The notes beneath the pieces were generated by a model. That model was given only the letters and a program-made list of their open reading frames with translations, searched no databases and was not told where the DNA came from. This document shows, in pieces, positions 31,892-41,786 of a stretch of 64,000 nt of DNA. Both the position numbers and the translations under genes were made by a program. The stretch's first letter is position 1; every line of letters starts with the position of its first letter. Where the stretch lies: IMG/VR virus record IMGVR_UViG_3300045596_000094, positions 32,001 through 96,000 of that record; one strand, written 5' to 3'. This DNA is from a virus. Its lineage: Duplodnaviria > Caudoviricetes.

Positions 31892-32353
31892 TTAGTGACA
31901 GTATTGACGCATCAAGGATTTTGCCTCTTGTTCCAACATGAGGTCTTGATCAGTGATATTCACAATTAACGCCAACTTCTGATCTGCAATTTTCAATAAG
32001 TGCGTGAGATTCATAAGCTCTAATTCAATTTTGTCGAGACAATCGGAACGTGGGATGAATGGTCGGTAAACTAAACGATCCGTTTCTTCTTCGAACCCGA
32101 TAATGGTGAGTGGTGTGAGTTTACCCGCCACAAGTACTAATCCGTATTTGGTGTCTTTGTTTGGAGCTTCTTGTGGGTTAGCGAACTTATCAAAGAAATG
32201 GAAAACATTGGATTGAGCGTCAACAAGCTGTTGGGCAGATGTGCGATAAATATCTACCTCTTCTTTAAAGCTTACCGCACTTGCCCCTAACCCCACTAAA
32301 TTTGAAAGCACGCGATGGCGATTGTTTGTTATTTGATGAACGATACGGATCAT
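31892..32353 (-). CDS. Hypothetical protein
   Basis: 153 aa, AAGGA RBS; preceded by cUUCGg hairpin 32375-32390. Confidence 0.7.
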   Translation of the reverse strand: MIRIVHQITNNRHRVLSNLVGLGASAVSFKEEVDIYRTSAQQLVDAQSNVFHFFDKFANPQEAPNKDTKYGLVLVAGKLTPLTIIGFEEETDRLVYRPFIPRSDCLDKIELELMNLTHLLKIADQKLALIVNITDQDLMLEQEAKSLMRQYCH

Positions 32354-32398
32354 AATGTCTTTCCTTGAAAGAGTGGCGCCCGAAGACGCCGAATAGTG

Positions 32399-33136
32399 TT
32401 AGATAAATTTAAATAGATGGTTATTTGCTGAAGTGTATATGGTTTCATTCAACTCACTCTGATGGGTTTTCATACCCTCAAAGATACCAGCATACTCTTG
32501 GTGATCCAAGATTACAGCGGGGAGTGCGATAACAAAATCATTACCTACCACTATTTGCTTTTTCAGTGATTTAATCACGAACTTCATTAAACCAGGAATG
32601 GTTTCTTCCATAGCTGGATAAAAGAAACCTTTCTTTACATGCAATGGAAAATCTGTCAAGCGAAAATAGTCAACATCATTTTGAATGAATGCTAATTTGA
32701 TCTGCTTGAGTTTGGTTAATGTTTGGAAAACATATTTAGGCTGGGGTCGATGTTCGACCGGTGTAACATTACCAAAAGGTTTCCCTGCAGATTGTGCGCG
32801 TAGACGTGCTTCGCATTGGAATACAATTTTTTGGTATTCTTTATTGCGTTGAGCGAATCGTCTAAATGCTTCTGCCATCCATCCTTGCATCATCTGCACC
32901 ATTATAGGTTGCTTATCAAAAGTACCATCTAGAATGGAATCGAACGCTGCCTGATAGGGGACAAAGAGATCAACATCCAGAACCCCTTGGGTCATTTTAG
33001 ACGGTGTGTCTTGATCGGACGGAGCCCCGTTACCTTGGCTCATAATCTCACGATAAGCCTTCTCACGTTCCTCAAACATTGCATTGAGGGCAGAAACATC
33101 AAAGTTTGTTTCTAAAGGTGTTTTATCTAAAATCAT
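32399..33136 (-). CDS. Hypothetical protein
   Basis: 245 aa, GAGG RBS, overlaps upstream stop. Confidence 0.72.
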   Translation of the reverse strand: MILDKTPLETNFDVSALNAMFEEREKAYREIMSQGNGAPSDQDTPSKMTQGVLDVDLFVPYQAAFDSILDGTFDKQPIMVQMMQGWMAEAFRRFAQRNKEYQKIVFQCEARLRAQSAGKPFGNVTPVEHRPQPKYVFQTLTKLKQIKLAFIQNDVDYFRLTDFPLHVKKGFFYPAMEETIPGLMKFVIKSLKKQIVVGNDFVIALPAVILDHQEYAGIFEGMKTHQSELNETIYTSANNHLFKFI

Positions 33137-34086
33137 TTATTCACCTCAATAGATCCGCAAACTCGGATATACGAACGACCATCATTAGCTGTCATGTAGA
33201 TCGTTACAAACACAACGCTGTAAGCTTCTTCCACATTGTCATGTTGGAATTCAACCGCGTGTAATTTATACCCTTCGATCGGTACAATTACCAAAGCATT
33301 TTTCAAAGCTCGCAACATCACGGTGTCGTAGAAGCTTGCGTACTCCGCATGTTTATCATCACGGAGACTCTTCAATTGGGCAGAGATCTTAGCGGTAGAC
33401 CCCAAGTGTTCTTCTACTGGCGGTTTCCCTTTCACTTCAGTAAAGTTTATGCGAATCGTTGAGTTTTCTAGATCTGATTGTAGAGTGATCCCTTCAGGAG
33501 TGACTTTTGATTCAAAACGAGCCACACTCATTGAAGCGCGAACATAATTTGCAATATCCGATGAGCGGGTCATTGCATCCATGGTCTGAATTACAAATTT
33601 ACCGAGAGCACCTTGTTGCATTAATGGACTAAAACGTGTGATGATGTCAAACATACGCGGTAGGGTGTCTATTTTTGGAGGCTTCAACTTAGTGATATTT
33701 GTAGCCAGCACCGCATTGATCCAAGCTTCTTGTTTAGGAAGAGCTTTTGCACCAGAGATCAGGTATTGTTTTTCAAAATCTGCACGGTGTCGTGTAATGT
33801 GCGCAAACTTATCCCAATGTGTGCCGCGATTAATCATAATAGTCACTTGGAGTTTATGATAAAAAGGACGGATTAAAAAGAAGGTATATTTCTTCAAGGC
33901 TTCTTCGTTTACGTGCTGAACGCGTTCTAGCTTCACACCATCAAATCCCATAACGTGATGCATTGCTGTAATTAGATTAACTTTACCAAATGCAAAAGTA
34001 AGTGTATGTGATTTAGGGGTTATCTTCAAACCATCCAAAACTGGTTTACAAAGACTTTGGCTAAGAGTTTTGAGCGTGTTATTCAT
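33133..34086 (-). CDS. Hypothetical protein
   Basis: 317 aa, GGAG RBS, TATGA motif upstream at 34136-34140. Confidence 0.72.
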   Translation of the reverse strand: MNNTLKTLSQSLCKPVLDGLKITPKSHTLTFAFGKVNLITAMHHVMGFDGVKLERVQHVNEEALKKYTFFLIRPFYHKLQVTIMINRGTHWDKFAHITRHRADFEKQYLISGAKALPKQEAWINAVLATNITKLKPPKIDTLPRMFDIITRFSPLMQQGALGKFVIQTMDAMTRSSDIANYVRASMSVARFESKVTPEGITLQSDLENSTIRINFTEVKGKPPVEEHLGSTAKISAQLKSLRDDKHAEYASFYDTVMLRALKNALVIVPIEGYKLHAVEFQHDNVEEAYSVVFVTIYMTANDGRSYIRVCGSIEVNK

Positions 34087-34172
34087 GTCTAAAAAGACTC
34101 CGTTTTACGTTAGAATGCTAAGTAGCAGTTTTGTTTCATACTACCTAGTTTTGCATTAAAAATTAAATAGAT

Positions 34173-34203
34173 GGCATAAAACGAGAGTGGGTTTTCCCAC
34201 TCT
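34173..34203 (-). terminator. Terminator after the RuvC operon
   Basis: AGAGTGGG/CCCACTCT stem followed on the minus strand by CGTTTTATGCC. Confidence 0.7.
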
Positions 34204-34210
34204 ATTTGTT

Positions 34211-34687
34211 TTATTCGCCGGAAGTAGAAAAGAACACCTTTTCAATTGTGGAGAAAAGATCCCCTACAAACGAGATCATATTCGACTTATAGGACTCGCC
34301 CATCATTTCCATTGCCTGTAAATGATAGTTATAAACCAGCCAGTAAGAATAGATCAGTACAATTGCTAGAGCCATAAGAACGTATAGCGTTTTAGATGAC
34401 TGCATATGTGCTTGTAGCGATACACGTTGAGTCTCAAGATGGTTGATGGCATTTAAAATACCCACCATTGTTTTAGGGTCATCCTCTAAGCGGATAGCTC
34501 TATCGAGTTGGTTCTTTTGATCAGTAGTGAGACTGGTGTAAAGGGTTTTCAATTCATTACCGGTGGTTAAGCTGGTAATTTGTTGTTCTCCTTCTAGGTG
34601 ACTATTGATAAGGGTAACGATGACACCACTTTCGATATCGCCTAAACGGATATCCCCTAATTTGTCCCCCAATTGAGTAATGTCCAT
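34211..34687 (-). CDS. Membrane protein with one TM helix (start reassigned to MDITQLGD)
   Basis: GAGG RBS; LYVLMALAIVLIYSYWLVY hydrophobic segment. Confidence 0.65.
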   Translation of the reverse strand: MDITQLGDKLGDIRLGDIESGVIVTLINSHLEGEQQITSLTTGNELKTLYTSLTTDQKNQLDRAIRLEDDPKTMVGILNAINHLETQRVSLQAHMQSSKTLYVLMALAIVLIYSYWLVYNYHLQAMEMMGESYKSNMISFVGDLFSTIEKVFFSTSGE

Positions 34688-34701
34688 GAAGACCTCACGA
34701 A

Positions 34702-35250
34702 TTAGATACGGGTTAAGATACTTGCCATATAAAAAGCGTGCCCCACACACATCGAGTCAATTGCATGTTCGTCGTAATCATCGATATTAAAATCGGCTGG
34801 AAGGATTTTAGCGACAGCGGTACGCATGGCATTCTTATCACCATTGTTCCCCTTTACCCCCATTGCTTTCTTTACAGTAGCGGGATCAACCATGTTAAAT
34901 GGTAATAATGGGTTATAAGCGGTAATAGCTTGTTGCATCGCTTGGATACATTCAACTAATGCACTAAAGGCTTGAGGGAAACGCCCCATATACGGGGATT
35001 CAGACACTACTGCCTGAACCTCCCAAGATGCAGCCATTTTAAAAACAGCATCTTTACAAACTTGCATCTTAGCATATCTTAACCCATGAGTCAAGACTAA
35101 ACTATCCCCATAATAGAGATTGGCAAGTTTGTCGATATGGACGGTGGTACTGTGAATAATCCGTTTTTCTCTCGTCGCAAAATCCACGGCATTAATCGTA
35201 AGACCTAATGAGTTAGATCCCGGATCAATGGAAAGATAATAAAACAACAT
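34702..35250 (-). CDS. ruvC: RuvC-like Holliday junction resolvase
   Basis: SIDPGSNSLG, VVSESPY, PATVKKAMG...DKNAMR and EHAIDS motifs. Confidence 0.88.
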   Translation of the reverse strand: MLFYYLSIDPGSNSLGLTINAVDFATREKRIIHSTTVHIDKLANLYYGDSLVLTHGLRYAKMQVCKDAVFKMAASWEVQAVVSESPYMGRFPQAFSALVECIQAMQQAITAYNPLLPFNMVDPATVKKAMGVKGNNGDKNAMRTAVAKILPADFNIDDYDEHAIDSMCVGHAFYMASILTRI

Positions 35251-35267
35251 CAGCAGTACCTTAAATA

Positions 35268-36212
35268 TTAACGTTGACTTTCAACACCGAATAACGGTTC
35301 TGTTGCCCCAAGGTTGAGACTTAAAGTATATTCTTGGTCAGCGTAAGACAAAGGGATATAAGTTGTAATGTGCACATTGACTTGGCAAGCTACAGCTTCA
35401 AAGAAAGTATTAGCCGGAACATTGATTGGCGTCTGTGCTGAACCAGCTTCAGAAGGGTAACGTTGTTTGATTGGTTTTTCTACCGCAGAACAGATAGCTA
35501 ATTCCGAAATGATCGCCATGCGTTCATTACCAAACATGATACGGCAAGCATCCTTAGCGTCCTGAATATCGTTTTCATCCCACACCAATTGAACAAAAGA
35601 AGATACGGTTGCATACGCACCCTTATATTCAGTTTCCTGCGCATACTTCACAGGACGAAGGTTGTTAATTGTAGGAACAAAAGTTTCTACCACTGACTCG
35701 CCATCAACAATTTTAGTAATTGTGATTTCAGGTGTGGTGCGCGGGAATTCAATTTTGCGTGCGTAGTAAGCTGCGTAAAGAACACCATCTACTTCTACTG
35801 TACGACGCAACGCGTATTTTCGGCGTTCAGCTACGGTTAGGTCATCGTCCGCTTTACGTAGAATAAACGGCATTAAATTGAACAAGCCAGAATCCGTTGC
35901 TTTGTGCGGTACAGGGATCGAATAGGGAACAGCATCGTTTGGATTGTTGATGTTCTCATGACCGCCATTACCGACCACCAAGTATTGAGTAAAAATATTG
36001 TTACTATCTTTATCAAAGTCGTAAGGATCGTAAATCTCCATACCGCGTGTTAAAGGGGTAGGGAGTTTGTTGATGATAGTTGGCTCATTTATCGCTTGGT
36101 TGATGGTTGTATATTCAACTACTACGTGCTTCATACCTAAAGCACGAACAGTCTGAATTGTAGCGCCATAAACCGTACGTGTAATAATACGGGCAGCCAT
36201 TTGTTTCTCCAA
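35268..36212 (-). CDS. Conserved virion structural protein (phiKZ gp139-like by synteny)
   Basis: YLVVGNGGH, HKATDSGLF..MPFILR...DDLT..ER.KY and AIISELAICS motifs. Confidence 0.72.
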   Translation of the reverse strand: MEKQMAARIITRTVYGATIQTVRALGMKHVVVEYTTINQAINEPTIINKLPTPLTRGMEIYDPYDFDKDSNNIFTQYLVVGNGGHENINNPNDAVPYSIPVPHKATDSGLFNLMPFILRKADDDLTVAERRKYALRRTVEVDGVLYAAYYARKIEFPRTTPEITITKIVDGESVVETFVPTINNLRPVKYAQETEYKGAYATVSSFVQLVWDENDIQDAKDACRIMFGNERMAIISELAICSAVEKPIKQRYPSEAGSAQTPINVPANTFFEAVACQVNVHITTYIPLSYADQEYTLSLNLGATEPLFGVESQR

Positions 36213-36260
36213 GATAATTGCTATATAATCCGAATCGAAAGTATTTATTTACAAAACGGT

Positions 36261-36788
36261 TTAAGGAAATGCTTTTGTTAGAAGATCGACTAACATCTCT
36301 CCACGGAAATGTGGGGACTTGCGACTGAAGCGAATTAATACGGTTGGTCGATGTGTCTGGATATCTTCTTCAACAATATCGGTTACATCCACCTGAATAT
36401 TAAAAAGTTCAGTAAAGATAGGAGCAAGCTCTGTGGTTTTTGCAGGTGGTTGGTCTAACTGTAAATACAGTCGATCAACTACTCCAAAAAGTCTGACTAA
36501 CTCATCCCCTCGAATTTTACGAACATAGAACCCGCGATTGATAAACTGATTGCGCGGAGCAATCCAGTTAAATGGCGCATTGTTAGCTAGACGGTCAACT
36601 GAAAATACAGCTCGACCAAAGTAAAGTGGGTTCCCACTCACTTCCCTTAACCCTACAGCCACGGCATTCTTGGTTAGACCAAACTGATCTTCTTCAAGAA
36701 TCATAATCCATGAGTTCTTATAATTCGCTTGTTCAAGGAGACGATCGAAGCTGGGCTTGAGCAAATCCAAGCCATCTGAGTATGCCAT
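36261..36788 (-). CDS. Tail anchor-module protein (gp130/131-like domain), paralog of 49012..49548 (start reassigned to MAYSDGLD)
   Basis: Colinear similarity: GLDL....DQANYK.SW...L.ED....GL.KNA...RA.F..DR.ANN.PFN...PRN..I.RG. Confidence 0.7.
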   Translation of the reverse strand: MAYSDGLDLLKPSFDRLLEQANYKNSWIMILEEDQFGLTKNAVAVGLREVSGNPLYFGRAVFSVDRLANNAPFNWIAPRNQFINRGFYVRKIRGDELVRLFGVVDRLYLQLDQPPAKTTELAPIFTELFNIQVDVTDIVEEDIQTHRPTVLIRFSRKSPHFRGEMLVDLLTKAFP

Positions 36789-36877
36789 TTCGTTTACCTT
36801 TAATTTTAAAGACTCAGCGCAAACTGCACTAATAGAGGTGTTGCTATTCACATAAATAGTGCAGTCCGCTTTGTTTC

Positions 36878-39800
36878 TTACGGTTCTACTGGTTCTGGAT
36901 CTGGCTCTACTGGTTTAGGAATACAATTCACGTAAACCAGAGGAGACCATAAACCTTTATAAAGCATACGTATCCGTACTTGACGATTCACGGTCGTTGG
37001 GGCGAATGTTAACGTGTTGCCGTTAAACGTCGCTCCGCCACCACTATAGATATCCCATGTAGGTGTGCCGTTATCTAGGGATTCTGGCGGTGTGAGCGTA
37101 TACGATAGATTAATTGGTTCTTCCGGATAGAACGGGTCACCCGGTGGGATAACAATCGCAACAGCTGTAGTTTTAGGGAATGTTGTAAACCATTTCTCCA
37201 CCCATAAACCTCGCATGTACAATCTAATCTTGAACGGCGTTTTTACATCCGCAGTAACAATCAATTGATTTTTATTACGAATCGTTACGCCATTAGGATT
37301 ACCAACAACTGACCAAACAGGATCTTCAGGAAGTTCAGACTTATCAAACGTCAAGGCTCGATACTGTAAAGTTTCGGTTTCCCCTTGGGTTACTTTCTCA
37401 TTCACAATCTCGATGTCATTGGTTGTAAGATTACGCCACACATCGCTGAAATTCACCTGTTTAGCACCGCCTCGCTTATACCCATTTGCAACATCAGTAT
37501 AACTCACCATCACTGCTGTGTGGGTTAATGGATCAGTCACATCAACAACTAATGAACTACTACCATCGTCATTCGGTAAAGAAACTACTTCAGATTGTTT
37601 CTTACCGATAACCACATCGAGGTTATGGTCCGTGTATGTTCTTGATGTTGGATAGATTGTGTACTTAGGTGTAATACGGTATTTATTTCCACCCAGGCTG
37701 GTACGCTTCATCTCATCAATGACCAATATTGAAGCAGCATCAGGAATATCGATATCTGGATGAATTAAGATACGATAATTACGATGTCTTTGTTGACGAC
37801 CATCTTTAGAAACAATTACCATTGAAAAAGAGAAGTCTTCTACACCAGTAATACGATTTCCAATTGTTGGCGTGAACGTAACCAATCCAGCTTTACTCAG
37901 CACCAAACGACCACCACGTAAATTCCAAATCCTACCTGCTGTCCAAGAGAAAGCTAGTAGGGCGTTGTAGTTACGATGGTAAACATCCCAGTCCTGTTGA
38001 TTTTCATCATCTTTGAAAATAGTGAAAACCGGTTTAGAGATATCGCCAGTGATGGAAAGTAAGTTATACTGACGCTGGATATTAGTGGCGTAGATGTATG
38101 GGCGTTTGTCGGTTTCTAGTTCCATACCGATCGATGTATACACAACAGTATACTTCTTCGGTTGTAGTTCTTCGAAAGTATGTGTACTTGTAGGTAGTAC
38201 AGACGCCCCTAAAATTACGGAATCCACTAACTCATCGTTAGCAGTATCATACAACTCCACACGACAAGCATAAGCCAACATATTCTTTACGCGAAAATCG
38301 TGAACAAAGTTAGCAGGTACGGTAAACGACCATGTACCTTCTTTCTGATCAGTTCGATCGGGACGAAGATAACGGGCGCTGGTTGTAGTGTAATACGCAG
38401 TACTTACATTCGCATGATAGACAAACTCTTCTTCCACAATTGTCGGCTTGATTGCCTCTAAAGGGATTTCGATCTTAGAGACCTCATTTCCATTAGCTAC
38501 GTAAATTGAATCAGTTTTACCACTATATGCGCCTGTCGATAGATCTGGATGATACATTATCCCTGAATCGGTGAGCTCGACCTGACTTCCAAACAAAGTG
38601 GTAAACTTTGTATTTTTATCGAATGGTACGTAAACCCCGTTCTTATTGATACGTAAGGTATCAAGATTCAAACCAGAAAGATCGGCGTTCAAAAGAGTGG
38701 GTTCATTTGGTGTGATTGCGTCACGCTCTAACAATGTCGGAGAAATACCCGATAAACCAGCTTGACCATTCTCGTAGTATTGTTTCTTCAACGCCATTTC
38801 ATACTTACCACCCACAATGTTCGCCATCTTCCCTTGAGAGGCATAACTTGGATAGTCCGTATCATGAACATAAACACCAGTTTCTGTATGTTTAATGCGT
38901 TGACGCCATGTTAGGTTATTTTCGCCACCGTACCACGTAATCTCAGGTGAGATTAGTGTTTTACTAATATCCCATTTAAGATTATACTCATAACCCGTTC
39001 CTGGATATCCTTGGAACGCATTGTCCGCAGCATTACGAACAAACGTAAGTAACGAAGGCTTGCGGAACATGGTGATATATTTAGCAGCTCTACCGGAACG
39101 TAACGGGTTTGGTAGATAAACGAAATCTTCGTCTGGGTTTCCTAAAGTAAATACAAACTCTAGATTCTCACGAGATTTGGTTTCCAACTGCCAACGCTCA
39201 GCAAACCCGGCTTGGTCTGGGTAGTCACCAGCAGTGGTTGTCCAATACGTCGCAGGTAACATGACATCGATTCGGAGAGAACCGACTGTGATATAGAAAC
39301 GCCCAACCCCTGCATTTGCAGTTGCTGAATTGACATCTAGAGGCATCTTCACTGTAAAGGTTACTGTACCGTTAGAGTTCATTCGATACTGACCAACATC
39401 CTGATTTGATGCCCAGTAGTCAGCGCTACCGAAACCATTTAATTGGGTAGCTGTCCCCTGATGCCAATAAACGATACTTAATGCGTACGACTTATCTCCT
39501 AAATATTTAGGGAAAGAAGCTGCAGTATTTGCTACAGTCGCATTAACGGCATGGACACAAACCTTCGCATCCACGTAGTTTGTTGTACCCATTCCAGTAG
39601 TTGATGAGATACCTAATCGAACGATACGTTCATGCTCTTCTGGTGACTGGAAACGTACGAAGTTATTAATCGCATACGTCACAGAAGTCGCGAAGTCTTT
39701 TAATGTTGGTGCTGGAACACCTTCCTCAAATGCTTCGTAATAAAGCAAAATAGACTGCTCACCCATCGAGTCATCGCCGGTTTGAACATAACCATGATAG

Positions 39801-40084
39801 AACACCGCCATCTCTTTTGCGACAATATCTCCAGGAGATATTGTTGTAGTTCGCATAGCAGGAACAGTGAACGCAAATGTTCCAGAGCTATTATCGTTAT
39901 ATTGATAAGACCCCTGTAAAGCACCGCCGGTGGCGTAAGGTGTATTCCCTGTGGCAATGATATCATCAATTGCTTGAGTTTCGTGGTTGACATTAGGCGT
40001 TACAGAACGCCCAAAGTCTACACGGATATGCCCAGGGTACGCTGCCAGTAATAACATCTTCAGATAGTTACTGTTGTACCACAT
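36878..40084 (-). CDS. Large beta-rich putative tail-appendage protein with C-terminal Ig-like domains
   Basis: 1068 aa, T/Y/N-rich; two C-terminal PVWSVV/PTWDIY Ig-like repeats; PEPVEP tail. Confidence 0.6.
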   Translation of the reverse strand: MWYNSNYLKMLLLAAYPGHIRVDFGRSVTPNVNHETQAIDDIIATGNTPYATGGALQGSYQYNDNSSGTFAFTVPAMRTTTISPGDIVAKEMAVFYHGYVQTGDDSMGEQSILLYYEAFEEGVPAPTLKDFATSVTYAINNFVRFQSPEEHERIVRLGISSTTGMGTTNYVDAKVCVHAVNATVANTAASFPKYLGDKSYALSIVYWHQGTATQLNGFGSADYWASNQDVGQYRMNSNGTVTFTVKMPLDVNSATANAGVGRFYITVGSLRIDVMLPATYWTTTAGDYPDQAGFAERWQLETKSRENLEFVFTLGNPDEDFVYLPNPLRSGRAAKYITMFRKPSLLTFVRNAADNAFQGYPGTGYEYNLKWDISKTLISPEITWYGGENNLTWRQRIKHTETGVYVHDTDYPSYASQGKMANIVGGKYEMALKKQYYENGQAGLSGISPTLLERDAITPNEPTLLNADLSGLNLDTLRINKNGVYVPFDKNTKFTTLFGSQVELTDSGIMYHPDLSTGAYSGKTDSIYVANGNEVSKIEIPLEAIKPTIVEEEFVYHANVSTAYYTTTSARYLRPDRTDQKEGTWSFTVPANFVHDFRVKNMLAYACRVELYDTANDELVDSVILGASVLPTSTHTFEELQPKKYTVVYTSIGMELETDKRPYIYATNIQRQYNLLSITGDISKPVFTIFKDDENQQDWDVYHRNYNALLAFSWTAGRIWNLRGGRLVLSKAGLVTFTPTIGNRITGVEDFSFSMVIVSKDGRQQRHRNYRILIHPDIDIPDAASILVIDEMKRTSLGGNKYRITPKYTIYPTSRTYTDHNLDVVIGKKQSEVVSLPNDDGSSSLVVDVTDPLTHTAVMVSYTDVANGYKRGGAKQVNFSDVWRNLTTNDIEIVNEKVTQGETETLQYRALTFDKSELPEDPVWSVVGNPNGVTIRNKNQLIVTADVKTPFKIRLYMRGLWVEKWFTTFPKTTAVAIVIPPGDPFYPEEPINLSYTLTPPESLDNGTPTWDIYSGGGATFNGNTLTFAPTTVNRQVRIRMLYKGLWSPLVYVNCIPKPVEPDPEPVEP

Positions 40085-40089
40085 GTGTA

Positions 40090-41769
40090 TTAACCTCGTT
40101 TATAAGTTTTCATGGTATTCACACGAATAGGGATACGCATTTGTTTCTCAATTTCAGTGATGGTGGCTTGGATTTTATCCGCAGGCTTATTCGCAACAGG
40201 GAACGTAGTTTCAGTCGGATAGATCATGTTAATCATTCGAATGGTAGTACTCTTATAAAGCACTTCTACGATATACTGTTTACCTTCAATAATTGGAGAT
40301 CCTTCAGCAGCCCAGCTTGCGATAGGCGCAGCCGTGTTATATCGAGGGTTCTCCGATGCAGTAATCAGAGGTTTAGGTAAAGGACCTGTGCCTGCCATGA
40401 ATGCTAGGGTTTCATCCAGATCGTAAACCGAGATGATAAAAGGATAATAGTCGTATGTTCGGAGTGTGTAGTTCTTCGATACGATTGTCATCCCGAAACA
40501 AATACCTTTATAACCTTGTGCTTTCAAAGCAGGATCTAAAGGAGCAAATGTTTGTGAATGTCCGGCAGTGCCTGTCCAATCCATCCATGAGGCTTGCTTG
40601 CGCGTAAGTAGTGGTTGGTCGGTATACTTATCCACATCCACGAAAGTATATTTCGATAATGTGGTTGCAGCATTCACATTGTATTCATCACTCCAACCCC
40701 CTCGGGTGATTGTAAGTTCGTACGTATGATCTTTGAATAACTGATAATAAACACGACCAGCCAAGGTACGAAACTCAATTGGATCACCAGTGGTAAGATC
40801 TAGAAATCGGTTAATTGTTGATGAAAGCCAACCCGATCCAGTAACCGTTGATAACTCATTCTTAGTACAGGTAAAACGGAAGGTGTACGTATTTGTACTG
40901 ACAAAGTTCCCTACGGCCGATCTAGAGAACATCAGATCAGACATGTCGTAAACATACGGTAGTCCCGCGGTAGAACCTCTTTGCGACCAATCTTCAATTT
41001 CCCAATACATTCGATGCGTTGCTGTGACCGACATCATGAACGGCCAGAAGTAAGCTGTGTCGTGCGTTACACGGTCATCTGCGGCAGGAGATGCACTTCG
41101 AATTACAAAGTAGTAATCCTTATCAAACTCTAAGAACCAACGATCACGATAACCTGCTGCTCCAGGAACAATTTGTTTATTTTCGTCCATGATGTCGCAG
41201 CTTGTTGTCAGCGCATACGGTGATCTAAAATGCCACCCTTTCTCAAATACAATCTCTTCGCCTTCAGCGGGGAGTTTGTATAGTTTGACTTTCGGGGTAC
41301 GGAATTTAAATACACCCACACGTACCATTGGATCATCGTCGAGATAAACAATGTCTTCTGGAATCTTTGGTGCTAGTAGATAATTCTTCTGACTGTTTTT
41401 CCAGATCTTAGCGTTGAAACTTTCATCCCAAGGGGATTTTGTTTTAACAGTAGGATCTAGTCCGAATGACCCTTCCTTAACTACACCGTTTACAATACTC
41501 TGTGCCGCGATCATCTTAGCAGGCATCCAACGTGGGGTCGTTGAAACAGTATAGATACGGGAAACGTAATTCACCAATCCAAAGTTCTGCACAATGGCTG
41601 GATTAAAACTCTTAATCCCTAAAACCATGCTACCATCTGGCGCTCGCCCAATACGAAGAGTGATCCCGTTGGGGATCACCTCCGCGATAGCAAGGTTTAG
41701 TTCTTTCGCTGTCTCGTATCTGAAAGGATAAGTCCGATCATTGATACGAAGCACTAAACCATATCTCAT
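40090..41769 (-). CDS. Putative virion / tail-appendage protein
   Basis: 559 aa beta-rich ORF inside the tail cluster. Confidence 0.55.
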   Translation of the reverse strand: MRYGLVLRINDRTYPFRYETAKELNLAIAEVIPNGITLRIGRAPDGSMVLGIKSFNPAIVQNFGLVNYVSRIYTVSTTPRWMPAKMIAAQSIVNGVVKEGSFGLDPTVKTKSPWDESFNAKIWKNSQKNYLLAPKIPEDIVYLDDDPMVRVGVFKFRTPKVKLYKLPAEGEEIVFEKGWHFRSPYALTTSCDIMDENKQIVPGAAGYRDRWFLEFDKDYYFVIRSASPAADDRVTHDTAYFWPFMMSVTATHRMYWEIEDWSQRGSTAGLPYVYDMSDLMFSRSAVGNFVSTNTYTFRFTCTKNELSTVTGSGWLSSTINRFLDLTTGDPIEFRTLAGRVYYQLFKDHTYELTITRGGWSDEYNVNAATTLSKYTFVDVDKYTDQPLLTRKQASWMDWTGTAGHSQTFAPLDPALKAQGYKGICFGMTIVSKNYTLRTYDYYPFIISVYDLDETLAFMAGTGPLPKPLITASENPRYNTAAPIASWAAEGSPIIEGKQYIVEVLYKSTTIRMINMIYPTETTFPVANKPADKIQATITEIEKQMRIPIRVNTMKTYKRG

Positions 41770-41786
41770 TTTCTTTTCCTGATGAG

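Noticed and set aside
34211-34687. Holin assignment for the membrane protein after ruvC
   Set aside because: Only a single TM helix, far from the endolysin, and no family motif recognised
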